Part shown: positions 56,822 to 64,000 of the stretch, piece after piece
Layout: each line of letters opens with the position of its first letter
How positions within the stretch are numbered: the first letter of the stretch is position 1
Assembly (NCBI GenBank): GCA_964452565.1
Contig: CAYVLY010000001.1
Span: 78,638 to 142,637 of the forward strand
Direction of reading: 5' to 3'
From: an uncultured Gammaproteobacteria bacterium
GTDB lineage: Bacteria; Patescibacteriota; Patescibacteriia; UBA9934
Length of the DNA stretch: 64,000 bases
Notes under the pieces: model-generated
The model's database searches: none
Seen by the model: the letters and a program-made list of their open reading frames with translations, nothing else
What the model was told of the DNA's origin: nothing
Program-made: the position numbers and the translations under genes

Positions 56822-57115
56822 ATGCCGAATATTGAATTTGATATTGATCATGTGGCCCAGCTAGCAATGCTCGACCTTAATAACGAGGAGCGAGCTATGT
56901 TTGAAGAGCAGCTACCATCGATTTTAGCTTATGTAAGTAAGCTTGGAGAAGTTGACACAGAAGGTGTAGACTCTTCAGCTTATATTTCAGATCTGCATAA
57001 TGTGATGCGTGATGATAAAGCGAAGAAATCCTCAAATAAGCTACGGTCAGATCTTGTTAAGTCATTTCCAAAGGAGTCTGGTGATGCGCTGGAGGTTCCT
57101 GCGATTTTTGAATAA
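56822..57115 (+). CDS. gatC: Asp/Glu-tRNA amidotransferase subunit C
   Basis: HVAQLA.L..IL.YV.KL.EVDT..MRDD..VP; precedes gatA. Confidence 0.9.
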   Translation: MPNIEFDIDHVAQLAMLDLNNEERAMFEEQLPSILAYVSKLGEVDTEGVDSSAYISDLHNVMRDDKAKKSSNKLRSDLVKSFPKESGDALEVPAIFE

Positions 57116-57120
57116 GGCTT

Positions 57121-58545
57121 ATGGAATATAGAACAGCAACTGACATTCGAAAGGCTATTGAAGACAAGAAGATTACAGCAGTTGAAGTGCTTGAGTATTA
57201 TCTTTCGATCATATCAAAAGAAGATGAAGAGATTGGAGCATTTCTTGAGGTGTTTGAAAAGTATGCAAAAAAGCAAGCCAAGAAGATAGACAAGATGGTC
57301 GCGGAGGGCAAATCACTTCCACGTCTAGCTGGAGTTCCTATCGCGATCAAAGACAATATGCTCTATAAGGGGCACGTAGCCTCGGCAGGATCAAAGATGC
57401 TTGAGAAGCATGTGTCGACTTACAGCGCGACTGCTGTGGATCGGTTGATAAAAGCAGGTGCAGTTATTGTTGGTCGAACAAACATGGATGAGTTTGCAAT
57501 GGGAACTTCAACTGAAACAAGTTTTTGGAAATTAACAAAGAACCCATCAGACACCTCAAAGGTTCCAGGGGGCTCATCCGGAGGTTCGGCAGCAGCAGTT
57601 GCAGCTGGAATGGTTCCAGTTGCACTAGGGTCAGACACTGGTGGGTCAATACGCCAACCATCGGCAATGTGTGGTGTTGTTGGTATGAAGCCAACATATG
57701 GACGTGTTTCTCGATACGGACTTATAGCGTTTGCTTCAAGCTTTGACCAAATTGGACCGATTGCAACTACTGCAGATGATGCCGCGCTTATTCTTGAAGT
57801 GATCGAGGGGCCAGATAAACATGATGCGACTACCTTTGAGTTGCAAGAGACCACGGCGTCCGAGCTCATCGAAAAGAGCTTCAAGGGTATGACATTTGGT
57901 GTTCCAAAAGAATACTTTCTTGATGAGATGGATCCGCGCATGACTAAAGTCATCAGAGATTCGATCAACAAGATCGAAGAAGCTGGCGGTGAGATTAAAG
58001 AAGTAAGTCTGCCATTGACTGAATTCGCACTTCCAACTTATTACATAATCCAACCTGCGGAAGCTAGCTCTAACCTTGGGCGATTTGATGGTATGCGTTA
58101 TGGAACACGCGCACAGTCAGATAGTTTGAATGAAAGCTACTTAATGGCGCGTGGAACCGGCTTTGGAAAAGAGGTTAAGCGTAGAATCATGATTGGAACC
58201 TACGTATTATCAGCAGGTTATTACGACGCATACTACAAAAAAGCGCTTCAGGTACGTCAGATGATTACAAAGGACTTTGAGAGAGTGTTTGAGGATGTTG
58301 ATGTAATTGTCTGTCCGACATCACCAGGAGTCGCTTGGGGACTTGGGGATAAGTTTGATGATCCAATAGCAATGTATCTTGCTGATATATTTACTGTTTC
58401 AGCTAACATTGCAGGAATCCCAGGGATTTCAATTCCTTGTGGAGAGGTTGACGGACTCCCAGTTGGATTACAGTTTTTGGCAGGTCCACAACATGATGGT
58501 AAAATTTTGCGTGCAGCAGCAGCCTATCAGGCGCTGATAAAATAA
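57121..58545 (+). CDS. gatA: Asp/Glu-tRNA amidotransferase subunit A
   Basis: KDN, NMDEFAMG, PGGSSGGS, SDTGGSIRQP, EVKRRIMIGT. Confidence 0.97.
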   Translation: MEYRTATDIRKAIEDKKITAVEVLEYYLSIISKEDEEIGAFLEVFEKYAKKQAKKIDKMVAEGKSLPRLAGVPIAIKDNMLYKGHVASAGSKMLEKHVSTYSATAVDRLIKAGAVIVGRTNMDEFAMGTSTETSFWKLTKNPSDTSKVPGGSSGGSAAAVAAGMVPVALGSDTGGSIRQPSAMCGVVGMKPTYGRVSRYGLIAFASSFDQIGPIATTADDAALILEVIEGPDKHDATTFELQETTASELIEKSFKGMTFGVPKEYFLDEMDPRMTKVIRDSINKIEEAGGEIKEVSLPLTEFALPTYYIIQPAEASSNLGRFDGMRYGTRAQSDSLNESYLMARGTGFGKEVKRRIMIGTYVLSAGYYDAYYKKALQVRQMITKDFERVFEDVDVIVCPTSPGVAWGLGDKFDDPIAMYLADIFTVSANIAGIPGISIPCGEVDGLPVGLQFLAGPQHDGKILRAAAAYQALIK

Positions 58546-58558
58546 GCACATAGCAGCT

Positions 58559-58638
58559 TGTCATTCTGAGCAGAGCGAAGAATCTACTTGAGTCGGTCGA
58601 GCTCGATTAATAGACCCTTCACTGCGTTCAGGATGACA
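58559..58638. repeat. GTCAT-type REP-like element
   Basis: TGTCATTCTGAGCAGAGCGAAGAATCT..AGACCCTTCACTGCGTTCAGGATGACA. Confidence 0.85.
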
Positions 58639-58671
58639 AGTTAGGAGGGAAATTAACAAATAAATAAAACT

Positions 58672-59382
58672 ATGAGTGAGAAATCAAAAGGATTTTTTGA
58701 TGCAAACCCCAAGATGCTATTTATCTTTGGATTAGTTTGTGGAATTGCAGTTACATTAGTAATTGGAGGTGCATGGCCAAACCTTGATTCAGCTGGGTTA
58801 GATGGCGAAGAAGTAGTTGTGGTAGATGATGTTGGCGGCGATGCTGGAGAAGAGGAGCCTGCAGTACTTGCAGCAGTGACAGAGGATGATCACATTCGTG
58901 GAGATATTGAAACAGCAAAGGTTGTAATTGTAGAGTACTCAGATTATGAATGTTCATACTGTGCACGGCATCATCCAACGCTAGTTGAGTTAATGGATAC
59001 TTATGGGGATGATGTTGCATGGGTTTATCGACATTATCCACTATCATTCCACGCAGAAGCAGTACCAGCAGCACTTGCTGCCGAGTGTGCTTCAGAGCAG
59101 GATATGTTCTGGGAATTCACAGACGAGATGTATGATAACCAGACATCGCTTGGTGAAGACCTTTACTTCGAGGTGGCCGAGACATTGGGGCTTGATATCG
59201 ATGAGTTCACCACTTGTTATGAGGAAGAGCGTTACGTCGATGACATACAAGCAGATATGGAGAGTGGAACTGCAGCAGGTGTTGCAGGAACCCCAGGTAA
59301 CTTCGTTAACGGAGTTGCAGTATCAGGTGCGCAACCAGCATCAGTATTTGAAGGTTTGATTGATCAGATCTTGGCTGAGTAA
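58672..59382 (+). CDS. Membrane-anchored DsbA family thioredoxin-fold protein
   Basis: EYSDYECSYC, YRHYPL, GTP; terminator about 59398-59424. Confidence 0.92.
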   Translation: MSEKSKGFFDANPKMLFIFGLVCGIAVTLVIGGAWPNLDSAGLDGEEVVVVDDVGGDAGEEEPAVLAAVTEDDHIRGDIETAKVVIVEYSDYECSYCARHHPTLVELMDTYGDDVAWVYRHYPLSFHAEAVPAALAAECASEQDMFWEFTDEMYDNQTSLGEDLYFEVAETLGLDIDEFTTCYEEERYVDDIQADMESGTAAGVAGTPGNFVNGVAVSGAQPASVFEGLIDQILAE

Positions 59383-59440
59383 TTAGATCGAAATTTGAAA
59401 AACCGTCCGCAAGGGCGGTTTTTTGTTATAATATTCTTGT

Positions 59441-60511
59441 ATGATTAAAGTAACAAAGTTCGTCATTCTAGTAATTGCAGCGCTGGTCATTATCTTTGGC
59501 GCTTATTTTGTATACTCACCAGAGCAGGAGGTGCCGCGGGGGACTGTGGATGAATATCTTGAAGTTACGATCTACGATGAAGAGAAGGCCTATGAGGGTA
59601 CGACTTTTCTGACTGATAGTAACTCAAAGCGTGTTGTTGAGATAAACATGTTAGGTGAAGTGCTCTGGGAGTTCAGCCCACTTGATGAATGGGATGGATT
59701 TGATCAAATGAGAATGGTTGAGGCAGAACTTCTGCCTAACGATAATATTCTTTTGCTGCTAGGGAATTACGGTCTTTATGAGATCGACCGCGAGTACAAT
59801 ATTATTTGGTCTTACGAGGATTCAAAGGCGAGTCATGATGCTGACCGTCTAGAAAATGGAAATACGCTCTATGTTTTTGGTATGGATGACACTCACAACG
59901 ATGCCCAAGTAAAGGAAGTTGATCAAGACGGAAACTTAGTCTGGGAATGGTATGCAGAGGATACATTTGGTGAGAATGAGAATCTAAGTTCTATTGAGGA
60001 AGAGGGCTGGACGCATATCAATGCAGTTCAACGGTTCGAAAATGGAAATACAATGGTCAGTTTAAGAAACTTTCAGATGACCGCGATTATCAATCCAAAT
60101 GGTGAGATCGTGAAGCAATTTAATTGGAAGTCACTAGGGTATGGAAATCTTCCAGAGCCTCATGAGCCAGTTGTATACGAGAATGAAGGCACGATTATGG
60201 TCTGTTTACAAAATGATTCAACGTATGAGGTGTTGGAAGTGGATCTTGAAACAGGTGAGGAGGTTTGGAGCTATGATCATCCAACGCTTAGAACCGCGAG
60301 AGACTGTGACTTGCTACCGAATGGGAATGTTCTAATAACAGCTGTAAATATGATCGAAGATACCCAGGCGGATAATGATTACAGCAACGACATTTCAACA
60401 ATAATCGAAGTTACCCCAGATGGTGAGGTTGTTTGGCAGCTTGTGCACAGGCTGATAAAGGATGGAGTTTCACCTGGCTGGTTCTTCAAGGCCGAGAGAG
60501 TTGATTACTAG
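59441..60511 (+). CDS. Aryl-sulfate sulfotransferase-like beta-propeller protein
   Basis: SHDADRL.NGN.L, WTHINAV, VSLRN, repeated G..VW. Confidence 0.75.
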   Translation: MIKVTKFVILVIAALVIIFGAYFVYSPEQEVPRGTVDEYLEVTIYDEEKAYEGTTFLTDSNSKRVVEINMLGEVLWEFSPLDEWDGFDQMRMVEAELLPNDNILLLLGNYGLYEIDREYNIIWSYEDSKASHDADRLENGNTLYVFGMDDTHNDAQVKEVDQDGNLVWEWYAEDTFGENENLSSIEEEGWTHINAVQRFENGNTMVSLRNFQMTAIINPNGEIVKQFNWKSLGYGNLPEPHEPVVYENEGTIMVCLQNDSTYEVLEVDLETGEEVWSYDHPTLRTARDCDLLPNGNVLITAVNMIEDTQADNDYSNDISTIIEVTPDGEVVWQLVHRLIKDGVSPGWFFKAERVDY

Positions 60512-60536
60512 AAATAAAAAAACACCCAGCTTTTTT

Positions 60537-60641
60537 CCATCCCGAGCGAGTCCATTGGGCGAGTCGAGGGATCTCTTAGGTATCAGTTTCGTGAGATCCT
60601 TCGACTCCGTTCGCTATTACTCACTACGCTCAGGATGGACG
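60537..60641. repeat. REP-like inverted pair between convergent genes
   Basis: CCATCCCGAGCG..GTCGAGGGATCTC..GAGATCCTTCGAC..CGCTCAGGATGG. Confidence 0.8.
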
Positions 60642-60657
60642 GATTCGGGTGTTTTGT

Positions 60658-60975
60658 TTAGTTTGGATTTTTAATGCAGTGGTTCACCCATCCAGTAATC
60701 CGATTTAGTTCGCGTTCGACAATCGGTGAGTCATACTCAGCATTGTGCATGTGCCCGCCCTTGTACCCGGGCTTTTTTTGATCAACATGAAGGTCAAAAG
60801 TAATTTTTTCAGGCCTACGCTTCAAATATAAATGGAAACGCGGGTAGTATCCAGAAGTTAATTTTAAAACAAAACTCTCCTTTTTGGTTCGTGGATCAAT
60901 AAAAGGTGAGTATCCCGCCTTACGAAGTACTGCAAGCGGATTAGGAACGTGTTTCGCTTCGAATGTAGCCTTCAT
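60658..60975 (-). CDS. Hypothetical protein
   Basis: Likely ATG at 60975; YPRFHLY..LHVDQKKP.Y..HNAEYD looks like a conserved family. Confidence 0.7.
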   Translation of the reverse strand: MKATFEAKHVPNPLAVLRKAGYSPFIDPRTKKESFVLKLTSGYYPRFHLYLKRRPEKITFDLHVDQKKPGYKGGHMHNAEYDSPIVERELNRITGWVNHCIKNPN

Positions 60976-61615
60976 AAGATTTTGGGTGATAAAGGTGTTC
61001 GACCTTTGATTTTTCAAACTTCGATTCTTTGGCCTGCTTAAAGTGACCATGAATAATGTTAATACATTGCTCAGCAACACCAGTTGGATTCATTTCAGCA
61101 TTTATAACATAGTCTGCATATAGCTTTGTTGGCGCTATAAACTGACGTGCTGCTGGTAGCATTATCGAATGCAGGTATTCCTCTTGTACCCATGGTTGTC
61201 TCATCTTACGGCGCTTGATTTGGCTGTCTTCAGATAAATCGAAATAAAGCTTGAGGTCGATAAGTTCCCGAAGATCTGGGTTAACTAGCGTCATGAATCC
61301 ATCAAATAGCATGACATCCGCAGGGAAGACGCACTTTTCGCCAACTTGTTTATCGTGCTTTCGAGAGTAATGTGGAACCATTGCGTGCTGACCATTCTTT
61401 AGATCTTGAGCGGCGCTAAGCATCAGATCCCACTTTAGACTATCAGGATGATCCCAGTTGATGCACCCATCGATTACAGGCACGTCTTCGATATTTTTGA
61501 AGAAATCATCTAGTTTTAATCGAGAAACATTTGAGTATCTTGATTGCAATATACGACAAAATAGCGACTTCCCAGCCCCTGATGGTCCTGCAACTGCAAT
61601 AAAATACGTTTTCAT
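60941..61615 (-). CDS. udk: Uridine kinase family protein
   Basis: AGPSGAGKS, DDFF, NWDHPD, PTK.YAD. Confidence 0.8.
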   Translation of the reverse strand: MKTYFIAVAGPSGAGKSLFCRILQSRYSNVSRLKLDDFFKNIEDVPVIDGCINWDHPDSLKWDLMLSAAQDLKNGQHAMVPHYSRKHDKQVGEKCVFPADVMLFDGFMTLVNPDLRELIDLKLYFDLSEDSQIKRRKMRQPWVQEEYLHSIMLPAARQFIAPTKLYADYVINAEMNPTGVAEQCINIIHGHFKQAKESKFEKSKVEHLYHPKSYEGYIRSETRS

Positions 61616-61698
61616 ACCTTCTCCATTATACCAAAATCCAGCACCGAGTGCTGGCCCTTGGTTGAAAAAAAGTCAATAAATGCTATGATTCTGCGCGT

Positions 61699-61786
61699 GG
61701 AGAGGTGGCCGAGTGGTTTAAGGCGCACGCTTGGAAAGCGTGTAAAGTGAAAGCTTTCGCAGGTTCGAATCCTGTTCTCTCCGCCA
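61699..61786 (+). tRNA. tRNA-Ser (GGA)
   Basis: GGAGAGG/TCTCTCC, CACGC-TT GGA AA-GCGTG, long variable arm, GGTTCGAATCC, CCA. Confidence 0.97.
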
Positions 61787-61878
61787 TGAAAAGCAGATGA
61801 TCTCTTGATTGTCTGTTTTTATGCTAGGCCAACTGCTATAATAATTTTAGAACGTGCGAAATCACAAAATTTTATAAT

Positions 61879-63186
61879 ATGAAATTAACCAACTTGGTAA
61901 TCGTTTCATTTATAGCAGTAGGTTTATTTAGCAGCCTGGTAGGTGGAGTTATTTATTATTATACAGCTGAGGATTTAATGGAAGAGAAAATCAATAATAG
62001 TTTGCTTGCTATTGCAGAATCAAGAGCAGAGCACATAGAAACACTCATGGAACAATTAAGAGCATCTGTAGAAATAGCTGCAACTCACAGTGAACTTACA
62101 ACTGAGGAATTACAGTATATAAGGGAGATTGAGCCTGACTTTTTCGAAATTTTTGTTATGGATGCAAATGGTGTAATAGTTACGTCTACTGACTCAGCCA
62201 AGGTAGGCCTAGACCGTTCTGATGATGAATATTTTGTAGAAGCAAGAGAGGGTACTCATTTAAAAAATTTCTACTTTTCAGAAGACACTCAAAGAAACGC
62301 GATGGCTATTTCAACACCCCATGCCGGTGGAGTATTAGTAGCAAGATTTGACCTGGCAGCATTAGAGGGAATTGCGAGAGACAGAACTGGGCTGGGTGAA
62401 ACTGGTGAGGTTCTAGTTGCAGTTAAGGAAGATGATGAATTAGTTTTTGTATTTGATAGGCTTTTTGAAGAAGATGTTGCCATTGGAGAGGAATTTTCAG
62501 AAAAAAGTGCAGAACCAATGACGCAAGCTTTGCTTGGAAACGAACTTATATTTCGGAGTGCCCTTGACTATAGAAACGTTCCAGTTATAGCTGCTTCACA
62601 ATATATCCCGATAATTGATATGGGCCTAGTAGCTAAAATAGACCACGAGGAAATAGTAGGCTCCTACAGACAATTATTAATCAAAAATTCCATTTTTATC
62701 GGGATTCTTATAGTCTTAATCTCCATTTTGATTGGAATAATTGTATTCCGTAAAAAATTGAAAGCCATAAATATTCTAGAAGAGGGAGCAAGAATTATTG
62801 GAGATGGTAATTTAGATCATCGTATTGATATTCAAAGTAAGGATGAGATAGGAAAGTTAACCAATTCATTTAATAAGATGGCAGGAAAGTTAAAGAAATC
62901 CTATGCAGGCCTAGAGCAAAGGGTAAATGAAAGAACTATGGAATTGGAGTATGCAAAAACTGGATTAGAAAAAAAGGTGCAAGAGCAGACAATCGAATTA
63001 CAAAAAAGAAACAAGGATTTACTAGCTGCAAAAACTGGATTAGAAAAAAAGGTGCAAGAGCAGACAGCTGAGATACAAAGGAAATTAGATGAAGTTGAGA
63101 GTATTAATAAAACTATGGTAGGCCGTGAACTTAAAATGGTGGAACTTAAAAAGAAAATTGATACCTTAAATAAGCAGAAAACCTAA
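61879..63186 (+). CDS. Cache-HAMP membrane sensor with no output domain, ending in a GRELKM helix
   Basis: 2 TM, GLGETGE, HAMP DEIG.L..SFN.M, C-terminus INKTMVGRELKMVELKKKI. Confidence 0.85.
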   Translation: MKLTNLVIVSFIAVGLFSSLVGGVIYYYTAEDLMEEKINNSLLAIAESRAEHIETLMEQLRASVEIAATHSELTTEELQYIREIEPDFFEIFVMDANGVIVTSTDSAKVGLDRSDDEYFVEAREGTHLKNFYFSEDTQRNAMAISTPHAGGVLVARFDLAALEGIARDRTGLGETGEVLVAVKEDDELVFVFDRLFEEDVAIGEEFSEKSAEPMTQALLGNELIFRSALDYRNVPVIAASQYIPIIDMGLVAKIDHEEIVGSYRQLLIKNSIFIGILIVLISILIGIIVFRKKLKAINILEEGARIIGDGNLDHRIDIQSKDEIGKLTNSFNKMAGKLKKSYAGLEQRVNERTMELEYAKTGLEKKVQEQTIELQKRNKDLLAAKTGLEKKVQEQTAEIQRKLDEVESINKTMVGRELKMVELKKKIDTLNKQKT

Positions 63187-63212
63187 ATGATAAAGCTGCT
63201 ATAATCTCACAT

Positions 63213-64000
63213 ATGGAGGAAAAACAAACACAAGGTCAAATAAGTAACTTAAAGCTCCTTTGGCTATTTATTTTGATAATGCTATTTGGTCTAGGTCTGC
63301 CACTTCTCATAAGCCTGTGGATCATTCCATTGTATGATCCAACAGGCTTTATCTGGGATCATGTTCCTGTACATTCATTTATTGAAGCAGCTGGAAGTAG
63401 TATTGCGATATTTTTTGCTCTAATACTATTAGTTAGTCCCCGAATAGAATATAAAGGCATATTTAGGGTCATTGCCACTGCGTTCATATCAATGGGAATG
63501 CTGGATCTCTTCCACTCAATCTATGAAGCTGGTAATGAATTTGTTTGGCTACACAGTTCAGCAACGTTTGCAGGCGGCTTTCTACTGCTTTTACTATATC
63601 TACCAAATAAGCTACTAGATAGAATAGGTAGAAAGTTGTTCATAATAATGACTGCACTCACATTTCTCATTGGTTTATACGTTATCTTTGAACCATTTCC
63701 ACTGATAAGAATGCTTGATGATGCTGGCGAGTTTAATAATGTGGCTAGATTTACAAACTATTCTGCAGGTGTATTTTTCTTGCTTGTTATACCCAAGTTT
63801 TTACAACTTTATAAAAAGTACAGAGATAAGACATTTATTTATCTGGCCCTTCTAACAGCAATGTTTAGTTCGTCAGGATTTATATTCGAGAATTCTACAA
63901 TCTGGAATGTTGAGTGGTGGTGGTGGCATGTCCTACGATTTGCTGCATATATATTAGTTCTAATATATGCAATGACTCTATTACGCTATCTTGTTGGTCG
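63213..64000 (+). CDS. Multi-TM sensor protein, MASE3-like N-terminus (3' truncated)
   Basis: Frame from ATG 63213: HVPVHSFIEAAG..MGMLDLFH..FVWLHS..WWWH; TATAAT 7 nt before ATG. Confidence 0.7.
   Translation, partial: MEEKQTQGQISNLKLLWLFILIMLFGLGLPLLISLWIIPLYDPTGFIWDHVPVHSFIEAAGSSIAIFFALILLVSPRIEYKGIFRVIATAFISMGMLDLFHSIYEAGNEFVWLHSSATFAGGFLLLLLYLPNKLLDRIGRKLFIIMTALTFLIGLYVIFEPFPLIRMLDDAGEFNNVARFTNYSAGVFFLLVIPKFLQLYKKYRDKTFIYLALLTAMFSSSGFIFENSTIWNVEWWWWHVLRFAAYILVLIYAMTLLRYLVG

Noticed and set aside
56822-58545. gatCA without adjacent gatB
   Set aside because: gatB can be encoded elsewhere; cannot be judged from one window.

Overview
Chromosomal segment of a small-genome bacterium, most likely Patescibacteria/CPR (Uhrbacteria-like; inferred from gene content and motifs). 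It uses the standard code 11, since TGA is a stop. Housekeeping genes are almost all on the + strand: secA 3' end, a MacAB-like ABC exporter, secDF, uppP, hrcA-grpE-dnaK..dnaJ with a perfect CIRCE, cysS, dnaX, mnmA, lepA, recJ, RNase HI, pilM/pilin/prepilin peptidase, ligA, gatCA, a DsbA and three tRNAs. Five layers are not explained by that gene list. (1) About 12 mostly GC-rich, mostly orphan single-gene units sit between core genes, each built as TTGACN-N17-TAnnnT promoter, leader, usually a Shine-Dalgarno, ORF and often a hairpin, and sharing junction/leader motifs and DnaA-box-like 9-mers. Host genes instead look leaderless (TATAAT 6-10 nt before the start). No integrase is in the window. 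(2) Two kinase-less sensor proteins end in a GRELKM helix, each directly upstream of a second sensor gene. (3) Two VirD4/TraD-like ATPase loci occur, one split and one fused. (4) A heavily structured non-coding block lies after dnaJ (pseudoknot, long rod hairpin, sRNA-like unit). (5) Several REP-like palindrome families nest inside each other and insert in-frame into grpE, dnaX, recJ and dnaK. All calls are by eye; no database searches were run.
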